The position numbers and the translations under genes are program-made. The notes under the pieces are model-generated. The model searched no databases. It was not told the origin of the DNA and saw only the letters and a program-made list of their open reading frames with translations. 64,000 nucleotides of DNA from an uncultured Chloroflexia bacterium (GTDB lineage: Bacteria > Chloroflexota > Anaerolineae > Anaerolineales > Villigracilaceae), in assembly GCA_963830585.1 (NCBI GenBank), contig CAWHNA010000003.1, positions 792,903 to 856,902 on the forward strand, written 5' to 3'. Numbering within the stretch: the first letter of the stretch is position 1; each line of letters begins with the position of its first letter. This document shows, one piece after another, positions 36,947 to 45,838 of the stretch.

Positions 36947-37772
36947 ATGGGTAGTTCCACCAGAAGTATAAATGGATGGATCATCATTTTCATGAACGAA
37001 AACGATATTCGCAAAGCAATTTCCAACCTTCCCTTGGGTGGTCTCCGCACCTTTGAGCAGGTCGGTTCCACGAATGATACAGCCCTTGCTTGGGCGGCTG
37101 ATGGTGCCCCGGACTTGGCAATGGTCTTCGCGGATGAGCAGAAATCCGGTCGTGGTCGGGGAAGTCGCCGCTGGTTTACTCCGCCGGGTGCGGCATTGGC
37201 ATTCAGTATCGTAAATCGTCCGTCTACAGCCGAGGAACAGTCCATCCCGCTCTTCTCCGGGTTGGGGGCGATTGCAGTTTGTGAAGCACTGGGATTACGG
37301 GGGTTGCATCCGGAGATCAAGTGGCCCAATGATGTTTTACTTGACCGCCGTAAAGTCTGTGGTATTTTGGCTGAAGCGGTCTGGACGGGGGAAAAAGTGG
37401 ATTGCATTATCCTGGGGATAGGGGTTAATGTTAACCCTGCTTCGGTGCCTTCAGAAGAACACCTGAATTATCCCGCCACCTGCATTGAGACTGTGCTTGG
37501 GAAAAGTGTGGACCGCTTGGTATTGCTCCGCGACATCCTCCAGGCACTGCTCTATTGGCGCAGTCTATTGACCAAGGATGTTTTTCCGGCTGCCTGGAAT
37601 AAATATCTTGCTTTCCGTGGTGAGCAGGTTGAAATCCGCTCTGAGGGGGTACCACCCCAGGTGGGGTTGGTGGATGGGTTGGAACGCGATGGCGAGCTTG
37701 CGTCTCCGCGCCCTGGATGGGCAGTTTTTTGTGGTGCAATTTGGGGAAGTGCAGCTGCGTCCTGTCCTGTGA
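36947..37772 (+). pseudogene. birA: biotin--[acetyl-CoA-carboxylase] ligase BirA, one frame break near the 3' end
   Basis: GSTND..ADEQKSGRGRGSRRW (biotin-binding GRGRxGR motif) and KWPNDVLL. The frame breaks at about 37692 after ..GLERDG. The +1 frame supplies the expected C-terminal beta domain LRLRALDGQFFVVQFGEVQLRPVL, with a stop at 37772. An alternative start is at 36992. Confidence 0.8.
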
Positions 37773-37840
37773 TATACTTTTCCACATTAAGAGACAATTT
37801 GCTTCTTTTTTGATGGCAAGCCTTGCGGATGAGGTGAATA

Positions 37841-38107
37841 ATGCTTGATAATCTGCGTGATCAGGCTTCGTTTCAGGATGAGAAACAACCTCCGGATCAA
37901 ATAAAAATCAAGGAGCCCAAGCCGCCCAAGCCGCCCAAGCCGCCAGGCCCCAGGCAGCGCAGGCAATATCGCAGCTTTGATGATATTACTCACATGTCTG
38001 CCCGCCAGCGGTTTGCCCTGGCAGTCATGTTGTTGATCATTGTCACCCTGCTGGGGACCATGCTACTGATCATTAGCGGGAAGATAGTCCCTTCGTTTCT
38101 GTATTAG
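37841..38107 (+). CDS. hypothetical small membrane protein with KPPKPPKPP repeat
   Basis: 88 aa with a charged N-terminus (KEPKPPKPPKPPGPRQRR) followed by one TM (FALAVMLLIIVTLLGTMLLII). I recognise no family. Confidence 0.4.
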   Translation: MLDNLRDQASFQDEKQPPDQIKIKEPKPPKPPKPPGPRQRRQYRSFDDITHMSARQRFALAVMLLIIVTLLGTMLLIISGKIVPSFLY

Positions 38108-38148
38108 GCTCTTGTCACTATTTTCCGAGGAAATAACTATTAATAAAG

Positions 38149-38172
38149 GTGCGGCGCTCATCAGCGCCGCAC
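38149..38172. terminator. intrinsic terminator between convergent genes
   Basis: GTGCGGCGCT-catc-AGCGCCGCAC followed by tctattttt. Confidence 0.65.
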
Positions 38173-38214
38173 TCTATTTTTACCCCATCCGTTGGGTAAT
38201 GAATTAAGCTCGCC

Positions 38215-40779
38215 TCATTTTAGCGGCATTTCAAACTGTGATCCCGGGTCGGGGGCAGCCTCGCCATTGGTCTTTACCCCTGCGCGTTTGAGTTCAGCCG
38301 TGGAAGTGCGGGCGATCGAAACAACCCGGTCTCCTTCCTTAACCCCCATCATATGACTGCCGCGCGTTGCACGTCCGGCTTTCTTTACTTCCTTGACCTT
38401 CATTCTCATTACCATTCCGTTTGCCGAGATGATGGTCAGGTCGTCAGCTTCCTGGACGACCCGCGCGGACGTAACCGTGCCGATCTTGTCGGTCGCTGCT
38501 TTGGAGATGCTCTGCACTCCGCTGGTGGCACGCCCCTTGGCTGGATATTCACTGAGCGGAGTGCGCTTGCCGTACCCCAGCGTGGTCACCAAAACCAGGT
38601 CTCCGCCTTCTTCGATCACCTCCATGCTGGTAACTTTATCATTCCCGGAAAGTTTGATGCCTGTCACTCCTCCGGCGCTGCGTCCCATGCTCCTGACCTT
38701 GTTTTCTGCAAAGCGCAGAGCCTTGCCATGCTCGGTGACCAGGATGATTTCGTTATCGCCATGAGTTAAGCGCGCCCACCCCAGTTCATCATCGTTATCC
38801 AGGCCGATGGCAATGATCCCCGAGGGTCGCACCGCGGACAGCTCGGATAGCGCCATGCGTTTGATTTTTCCGTTCCGGGTCGCCAGGGTGATATAACCGG
38901 CCGTATCGAAATTGGGGACTGAAAGTGCCGCGGTGACAACTTCGCCTGCATCCAGCGACAGGACGTTCACCAGCGGGATGCCTTTGGTGGTCCGGTCAGC
39001 ATCCGGGATTTGGTACACCTTCTCGGAATATACCTTGCCATGGTCTGAGAAGAAGAGCATCGTGTCCAGCGAACGGGCAGGGATCAGGTTCAGGACCTCG
39101 TCCTCTTCCTTGGTGGCATGCCCCGTAACTCCCTTTCCGCCCGCTCCCTGGGATCGATACGCGGTTGCTGCAACCCGTTTGACGTAGCCGCGCGCCGTCA
39201 GTGAGATCAGTACAGCCTCATCCGGCACCAGGTCGGACTCGCTCAGGTTTTCAACCGCCTCGGCCGGCAATGTGTGTCCGGCGCTCGTCACCGTATTTCT
39301 CGGAAAGTTCGCGCAGGTCATCCTGGATCAGGGTCAGGATTTTCTTGGGATTGGCGAGCAGGTCTTCCAGGTGGGCGATTTGTCCTTTTACTGCCTTGTA
39401 CTCGTCTTCAATCTTTCTGTCGTTCAAGGGCAGCCAGCCGGCGCAGCTGCATGTCGAGGATGGCCTGCGCCTGGAGTTCGGAAAGCTTGAAGCGCTTCAT
39501 CAAGCGCTCCTTGGCTGCCTCGGCATCCGGAGATTCTTTAATGGTCTGGATGACAGCGTCCAGGTTGTTGAGCGCGATCGTCAATCCTTCAAGGATGTGT
39601 GCCCGTGCCCGTGCCTTGTCCAGTTCGAACTGGGTCCGTCGGGTGATGACCACTTGCCGGTGGTCGAGGAAAATTTGCAGGGCTTTCTTGAGCGGCAGCA
39701 GGCGCGGTTCTCCATTTACGAGTGCCAGCATCTGCACCCCGAAGGTCGTTTGCAGCGATGTGTATTTATACAGCTGGTTGAGCACCTTCTTCGGTTGGGC
39801 ACCGCGCTTGAGTTCGATCACGATGCTCATTCCCCGCCGGTCAGATTCATCCCGCAGGTCCGAGATGGTGTCCATTTTTTCATCCCGTACCAGGTCAGCG
39901 ATCCGCTCGATGAGCGTGGATTTGTTCACCTGGTAAGGGATCTCGGTGATTACGATGCGGTGACGGTTGCCGGCCATTTCCTCGATGTGGGCATTCCCGC
40001 GCAGGACGATGCGCCCCTTCCCGGACCCGTACGCAGCTTCGATTCCCTCTGTCCCCACGATGATCCCGCCCGTTGGGAAGTCCGGTCCCGGGATGAATTT
40101 CATCAGGAATTCGATGGGTACCTCGTCCATCGTGTCGTAATTGTCGATCAGGTAGATCAACGCTGTACAAATCTCCTTCAAGTTATGCGGGGGGACGTTG
40201 GTTGCCATTCCGACCGCAATGCCGGTCGCTCCGTTGAGCAGCAGGTTGGGAACGCGCGACTGGCAGGACGGTTGGTTCCTGTAACGAACCGTCGAAGTTA
40301 TCGGTGAAATCCACTGTGTTTTTTTCGAGGTCGGCCAGCATTTCTTCCGCCATCCGGTTCAGGCGCGCTTCGGTGTAACGCATGGCAGCCGGGGCATCTC
40401 CATCCACTGAGCCGAAGTTACCCTGTCCGTCTACCAGCAGGTATCGCATTGAAAAGTCTTGGGCCATGCGTGCCATTGATTCATACACGGCTGCATCGCC
40501 GTGCGGGTGATATTTACCCAGCACCTCTCCCACGATACGGGCGGATTTTTTGTATGACGAATTGGCACGGATACCCATGTCCTGCATCGCATACAGTATG
40601 CGCCGGTGTACAGGTTTCAATCCATCCCGCGCGTCCGGCAGGGCTCGCGCCACGATGACCGACATGGCGTAATCGAGGTACGCCGTCCGCATCGTTTCGT
40701 CGATATCCGCCGCCTGGATGGTACCGATGGTCTGTTTCGGGGTTTCCGGGGGTTGCCCGGTGGGTTCGGGATCTACCAT
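38215..40779 (-). pseudogene. gyrA: DNA gyrase subunit A, three single-base frame breaks
   Basis: Three colinear ORFs cover it. 40183-40791 has ..[34 protein letters not shown]. 39408-40208 has [17 protein letters not shown]... 38215-39321 has six C-terminal beta-pinwheel blades. The breaks are near 40260 ([12 protein letters not shown]), 39412 (LERQK/IEDEYK) and 39265 (DERRTHI/AEAVENL). The start is ATG 40779 (GAGGA RBS). Span length is 3n, consistent with three +1 insertions. Confidence 0.9.
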
Positions 40780-40863
40780 ATTTGTCCTCACGCGGTAAGG
40801 GCACAGCGCCGCTGTGCCCCTACGGGGGAATCGAATTAGCCAAGGAATTATACCGCAAACAGC

Positions 40864-40892
40864 TTGTCAAATCGTTTGCGGACGTGTATAAT
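40864..40892 (+). promoter_or_regulatory. near-consensus promoter of tRNA-Pro
   Basis: TTGTCA (40864-40869), 17-nt spacer, TATAAT (40887-40892), 15 nt upstream of the tRNA 5' end. Confidence 0.65.
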
Positions 40893-40907
40893 CCCGGCTT
40901 GCTTGCT

Positions 40908-40982
40908 CGGGGCGTGGCTCAGTCCGGCTAGAGCGCTGCGTTCGGGACGCAGAGGTCGGCGGTTCAAATCCGCCCGCCCCGA
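40908..40982 (+). tRNA. tRNA-Pro (anticodon CGG)
   Basis: CGGGGCGTGGCTCAGTCCGGCTAGAGCGCTGCGTTCGGGACGCAGAGGTCGGCGGTTCAAATCCGCCCGCCCCGA. The cloverleaf has a 7-bp acceptor stem, an anticodon stem CTGCG/CGCAG and a loop UU-CGG-GA. Confidence 0.9.
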
Positions 40983-40987
40983 CAGAA

Positions 40988-41013
40988 GGACTCTCGGTTC
41001 GGGAGTCTTTTTT
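40988..41013 (+). terminator. intrinsic terminator after tRNA-Pro
   Basis: GGACTCtcggttcgGGAGTC followed by TTTTTT. Confidence 0.6.
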
Positions 41014-41084
41014 AATACGAAATCAGTATTTTCCTCTCTTGACGGATGGCAGTGGGCGGGTGTATCCTCTCGTTCTAACTAAAT

Positions 41085-41243
41085 ACCTCGTTAGGCGAGG
41101 CGTCTGCGTGATAAACAGGCCATTGTCCCGAAACGTCGAAAGACGCCAAGGGATAGACCAGGCCGGGCCGGATTAAGGCCCCGCTCAAAGTGGCTGGGAG
41201 ATCGTACCCTACGATACGCAGTGCCAAAGCTCGACCAGGAGGT
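41085..41243 (+). promoter_or_regulatory. M-box (ykoK leader) Mg2+-sensing riboswitch aptamer
   Basis: Conserved blocks, from my memory of the B. subtilis mgtE leader and Rfam RF00380: CCUCGUUAGGCGAGGC, ACAGGC, CCCGAAA, AAAGACGCCAAGGG, UUAAGGCC, CAGUGCCAAAGCUCGAC. P1 is closed by CCUC (41086-41089) pairing with GAGG (41239-41242). A possible promoter is TTGACG (41039), 18-nt spacer, TATCCT (41063). Confidence 0.8.
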
Positions 41244-41282
41244 GCCCCCGGGCAGTCCGTGGGCTTGATTGTTGATTTTCAA

Positions 41283-41312
41283 AACCTCCTGGATTGCGGA
41301 GGTTTTTCTGTT
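41283..41312 (+). terminator. M-box expression-platform terminator
   Basis: AACCUCC-uggauugc-GGAGGUU followed by a U-run. The left arm CCUCC can alternatively pair with GGAGG at the 3' end of the aptamer. Confidence 0.7.
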
Positions 41313-41380
41313 TTGTGCTTGGTGGTTTCGATTCTAGACCGGGTTTGGTTTCGCAAGATCGAATTTTTACGTGAAAGGAG

Positions 41381-41572
41381 GTGATCGCGTGGACGCAGAT
41401 GGTATTCCGCTATATTACAATAACCAATCGACAGAAAGCGCATTTTTTGGATCAGCTGGACGGCGTTCGCGCCTGCATCACCTTACCCCCGATTGGCTCC
41501 TTTTCTTTCCGGGGTGAACCAGACAAATGCATGGTCCTGGGTACTGCCCCAAGAAACGCCGCCTTCTGTTGA
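41381..41572 (+). CDS. hypothetical small ORF (57-63 aa) in the M-box-controlled leader transcript
   Basis: AAAGGAGG at 41373-41380. The track ORF is MIAWTQMVFRYITITNRQKAHFLDQLDGVRACITLPPIGSFSFRGEPDKCMVLGTAPRNAAFC. The start is ambiguous: GTG 41381, ATG 41399, or GTG 41389 in another frame. The stop lies inside the next terminator stem. Coding status is unproven. Confidence 0.3.
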   Translation: MIAWTQMVFRYITITNRQKAHFLDQLDGVRACITLPPIGSFSFRGEPDKCMVLGTAPRNAAFC

Positions 41573-41597
41573 TAAATCAGGCGGCGTTTTGCATTTA
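41554..41597 (+). terminator. second strong intrinsic terminator upstream of the MgtE_N-CBS gene
   Basis: AAACGCCGCC, 16-nt loop, GGCGGCGUUU, followed by UGCAUUU. Confidence 0.6.
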
Positions 41598-41660
41598 ATT
41601 GTGCTGAATATCCGCCATTTTTGACTGCTCTTGCAGTCCTCTGAATTCTGGAGGTGTTCC

Positions 41661-42906
41661 ATGGCTTATTTGAGCGAAATAATTGGTCGCCCCGTTACTG
41701 ACCTCGACGGGATGCCCGTTGGCAAATTATCAGATGTTATCGTGCGGCCCTGGGCTGAGTTCCCGCACCCGCTGATTGAGGCGGTGGCTATTAATTGGCA
41801 AAGGCGGGACGCGCATCCTTCCGTTCATGGCGGTGGCGGCGTTACTTTCTCCGGTCATCCCATTGAAATACCGGTTGGACGATGTGCCGCAATTTGATTT
41901 GAAAGATGATGACGTCCTGCTTTCCCGCGATGTGCTGGATAAGCAGATCATTGATACCGATGGTGCACGGGTTGTGCGCGTTAATGACGTGGAGCTGGTG
42001 CGCGTAAACGGTACGATCTATGTCAGCAACGTGGACGTATCCTGGGTGGGGATTATCCGCCGCTTGGGGCTGGTCGGTCTGGCTCATTTTCTAGGTGGTC
42101 ACCTTAAAAAGAAGGGGATAGCTTGGGACGATGTGGAATTGATGCGCCGTGACCAGGAGATGCATTTACGCGTCCCCGCCGAGAAACTCCATGAATTGCA
42201 CCCCGCTGACCTGGCGGAAATTGTCAGGGACCTGAATAAATTGGAAAGCGGTCAACTGCTGGATACGCTGGATGTCCCTCACCTGGCGGATACCCTCGAA
42301 GAGGTGGAACCGGAATTCCAGGCGGAATTGGTCGAGCATATGTCGAATGAAAAAGTCGCAGACTTGCTCGAAGAGATGGAACCTGACGAAGCCGCGGACT
42401 TGCTCGGCGACCTCCCCAAGGAACGCAAGGAAGATTTGCTTGCCTTGATGGAGAAGGAGGATGCCGATGATGTTCGCAAACTTCTGACTTATCCCGAGGA
42501 TTCTGCCGGCGGCATTATGACGACCGAGTATGCCTCCATCCAACCCAATTTGACAGCTTCCGAAGCGATCAAGCAGTTGCATGGCATGGCGGACGAAGTT
42601 GAGACGATGTTTTACGTCTATGTGGTGGATGGCGACCAGTGCCTGGTTGGAACCTTCTCCTTGAATAATTTGATTTTTGCCAAACCCGGTCAAATGGTGT
42701 CGGATTTTATGACCAAACACCTGATTACGGTGAATTTGACCGATGACCAGGAAACCGTCGCGCAGACCGTAGCCAAGTACGACCTGCTGGCGGTCCCGGT
42801 GGTGGATGACCAGAACCACATCCATGGGATCGTCACCGCTGACGATGCCCTCGATAAGATCATTCCCACCGCGTGGAAGAAACGCCTGCCGCGCTTCTAT
42901 CGCTGA
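41661..42906 (+). pseudogene. PRC-barrel x2 + MgtE_N + CBS-pair protein lacking any MgtE membrane domain, one frame break
   Basis: ATG 41661 follows GGAGG at 6 nt. The first part is MAYLSEIIGRPVTDLDGMPVGKLSDVIVRP..HPLIEAVAI (PRC-like). A +1 shift near 41790 leads to GKGGTRILPFMAVAAL..DKQIIDTDGARVVRVNDVELV (second PRC-like repeat). This is followed by acidic MgtE_N helices (LHPADLAEIV..EPDEAADLLGDLP) and two CBS motifs. The protein ends at ..TAWKKRLPRFYR with no TM segment. Confidence 0.75.
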
Positions 42907-42923
42907 TTTCAAAAAGGGGAACC

Positions 42924-44201
42924 ATGACCAACGCCATCATGAAACGCGGCTTTTTTCAGCGATACTGGAAGAATATATTGATTTTCCTGTCGGTCTTCGG
43001 ACCGGCGACGATTACCGCCATGTCGGATAACGATGCAGGCGGCGTTGCCACCTATTCGATCGCAGGTGCCAGGCTCGGCTACCCAATCCTGTTTTTGCTT
43101 GTCATTATCACCATCTTGCTGGGCGTCACCCAGGAAATGGGTATGCGCCTTGCAATTATCAGTCGCAAAGGGTTGGCTGACTTGATCCGCGAGAAATTCG
43201 GTCTTCGTACGGCGATGTTCATGTTCGGCGCACTGCTGATCGCCAACCTGGGCACGTTGATCACGGATCTTTCCGCTGTCAAGACCACCAGCACGTTGCT
43301 GAACCTTCCTGCCATACCTTCCGTGCTGGTGATCCTGGTTATTTCTTTCATTTTTATTGTCAGAGGCAACTATAAGATCACCCAGGCGATCATGCTCCTC
43401 GCCAGCCTGTTTTTTATCACCTACATTATTTCAGCGATCAAGGCAAAACCAGATTGGGGGTTGGCAGTCTCCAACCTGCTCTATCCTCATGGAGTCGCGA
43501 TTACTCCTGCATATATGCGCGATTATCTGTTGATCGGCATGGGTGTGCTGGGAACGACGATTACACCCTGGGGACAGTTTTTTATCAGCAGTTTTGCATA
43601 TGATAAGAAAATTGAGAAGGGCAAGATTAACTATTCCCAGCTCGAAACATATTGGGGCGCATTCCTTACCGATTTCTTTTCATTTTTTATGATCGTAGCC
43701 ACGGCTGCCACCCTTTTTATAAATCATATCCCTCTGGTTGCAGGCGAACAGGCTGCCCTGGCGATTAAACCCTTTGCAGGTGAACTGGCTGGTACCTTGT
43801 TCGCCATAGGCATCCTCAACGCCGGGTTTATGGGTGTGATTATTGTTTCGCTTTCCACTGCATACGCGTTTGCCGAGTTCTTCGGTCTTTCCGGAAGTCT
43901 CAATGATAGTTATAAGAAAAGCAAAACTTTCTATTTCCTGTTCGGCCTGCAGCTGTTTGTTGTTGGTGTGATTGTCATCTTCACCAAGCTGTCTTTGTTC
44001 AAAGTGGCGATCGTCACCCAGACGATCAACGCCATTGCTCTTCCGCTCGTCTTTTTTTACCTGATCAAGCTGACCAATGACCGTGAGCTGATGGGCCATT
44101 TCGCAAACAATAAATTCCAAAAATATTTTGCCATTGTTTGCACGATAATTATCGTCATCGCCTCGGTCTTTACCTTGATTTCATATTTCATCAAAGCTTA
44201 G
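42924..44201 (+). CDS. NRAMP-family divalent cation transporter lacking the canonical Met/Asn metal ligands (NRMT-like, putative Mg2+ transporter)
   Basis: 425 aa and polytopic. TM1 reads FGPATITAMSDNDAGGVATY (canonical DPGN becomes D-A-G-G). TM6 reads LGTTITPWGQFF (canonical MPH becomes T-P-W). It starts 17 nt after the MgtE_N-CBS gene. Confidence 0.7.
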   Translation: MTNAIMKRGFFQRYWKNILIFLSVFGPATITAMSDNDAGGVATYSIAGARLGYPILFLLVIITILLGVTQEMGMRLAIISRKGLADLIREKFGLRTAMFMFGALLIANLGTLITDLSAVKTTSTLLNLPAIPSVLVILVISFIFIVRGNYKITQAIMLLASLFFITYIISAIKAKPDWGLAVSNLLYPHGVAITPAYMRDYLLIGMGVLGTTITPWGQFFISSFAYDKKIEKGKINYSQLETYWGAFLTDFFSFFMIVATAATLFINHIPLVAGEQAALAIKPFAGELAGTLFAIGILNAGFMGVIIVSLSTAYAFAEFFGLSGSLNDSYKKSKTFYFLFGLQLFVVGVIVIFTKLSLFKVAIVTQTINAIALPLVFFYLIKLTNDRELMGHFANNKFQKYFAIVCTIIIVIASVFTLISYFIKA

Positions 44202-44287
44202 CGTTTTACCAGCTTTAGATTGACCATTAATTAAATCCTGACCTCTTCACCCAGAGTTGGACGAAAAGCCCACCCTTCCCATTCAAA

Positions 44288-44320
44288 AAACCAGCCGCGT
44301 ATCGCAATCGCGGCTGGTTT
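44288..44320. terminator. bidirectional terminator between convergent transporter genes
   Basis: AAACCAGCCGCG-tatcgcaat-CGCGGCTGGTTT, flanked by an A-run and a T-rich stretch. Confidence 0.7.
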
Positions 44321-44337
44321 GAATTAAAGCTCTTGGG

Positions 44338-45709
44338 TTACTCCAGAGGAGCTTTTTCCCGTTTCGCCTGGATTTCCGCTCGCGCCTGCGCATGTCCCGC
44401 CCGGCTGAGTGGGTAGAAGAGCGCAAAAATGATCCCGCCCAGCAGGAGCACCGAAGGGACCGGTCCGGTCAGGATGCGGATGGCAAGGATGGTCGATGGT
44501 TTCTGCGTGGCGGCATTGGATACGTAACCGCTCCAGTCCAGCACGAGCAGCGTCAGCGGGATGGCGATGGAGGAGGCCACTTTCTTGAACAGGGAAACCA
44601 GGCTGTAAAAGACGCCCTCGTGGCGCTGACCGGTCGCCAGTTCATCCACTTCCACCGCGTCCGGGATGATCGCCCAGGTCAGCACGTGGATGGCTGAAAC
44701 GCCGATCCCTGCCAGCACTGACATGACCAGCACCAGCGGCAGCCCGGCGGACGGGCTGAGGAAGATCAGCGTGATCATGATGGCCGACAGGAAGATCATG
44801 CCCGGCCACGTAGGCTTTGCGTTTATCCGTTTTGCGTGAGGCCCAGTTCCAGAATGGCAGGACCAGCAAGGCAGTGATGAAGATGGCACCCAGGATGATG
44901 TCGCTCTGGGCTTCCAGGTGCATGCGGTATTTCAGGAAATAGAGCAGGAACGCCTGGATGATGTCCGCCGCGGTCCAGGTGAACAGGAAAATTCCGGCCG
45001 CGAACAGGAAGGGCCGGTTCTTCCAGACTGCCCGGAACGACTCGCGCAGGCTCGGCTGGCTCTGTGTGAAATATTCCGGTTTCTCATGTGTCCCAAAGAA
45101 GGTGAACAGCAGCGGCAGCGCGCAGATCGCTCCGAAGATGATCCCCATCGTGAATACCCGCCCCGAGTTTTCCGGTCGCATCGTTCCGATAATTATTAGC
45201 GGCACGATGAATGCCACCAGGCTCCCGATGATGGAAAATGCCATTCGAAAGGTTGTCAGGGAAGTGCGTTCATCGTAATCCTGGGTCAGTTCGGGAGTCA
45301 GCGCCACGTACGGCATGGTGACGAATGTGTAGGAAGTATCGAACAGGAAATATGCAACTGCGTAATAGGCGCACAACCAGAACTGGCTGTCCGTTGGGGG
45401 GCGGTACCACATCATCGCGAACATCAACCCGAATGGGATGAACCCGAACAGCAGGAAGGGACGCCTGCGTCCCCAGCGGCTGCGTACCCGGTCGGTGAAG
45501 AAACCGATCAGCGGGTCGTTGATATAATCCCAAGTGCGGCCGATGAAGATGGCCAGGGCAGCATAAGCAGGTTTTATGCCCACCACGTCGGTCATGAAGA
45601 TGGCAAACAGCACCTGCATGGTCGTGTCGGTGCAGGCAAACCCGAAGTCGCTGATACCGTATAGGAATTTTGTGATGCGGGGAAGTCGGTCTTGGACGGC
45701 AGTGGTCAT
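44338..45709 (-). pseudogene. MFS transporter, glycoside-pentoside-hexuronide (GPH) cation symporter family, one frame break
   Basis: ATG 45709 (AAGGAGAT RBS). The N-terminal part has ..LYGISDFGF..DVVGI..GRTWDYINDPLIGFFTDR..RWGRRRPF. The frame is lost at about 44805 (GCC GGG CAT where GCC GGC ATG is expected). ORF 44338-44889 supplies the C-terminal 6 TM helices. Confidence 0.8.
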
Positions 45710-45838
45710 GCAGGGATCTCCTTGGGCGACGATTTTGGGCCTGGCAAACAATAAGTATAACCCCGGTCTTTGCAGTTCGCTTCAGGCCGGGGTGATGATT
45801 GATGATGAATAAATTAAGGAAATGCAGCTGCTTTTCCC

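Noticed and set aside
39201-40307. 368-aa + strand ORF (with nested 220-aa and 72-aa ORFs) that looks like a sizeable gene
   Set aside because: It lies entirely antisense to gyrA. The translation is Arg/Ser/Leu-rich and low-complexity with no recognisable family, and there is no RBS. It is a typical shadow ORF of a GC-rich coding strand.
38215-40779. gyrA interruptions considered as an intein, programmed frameshifting or true pseudogenisation
   Set aside because: No extra sequence is inserted: about 855 codons in total with colinear motifs. The breaks are single-base events at non-slippery sites, and the gene is essential. The same type of break affects 15 other genes, which points to consensus error.
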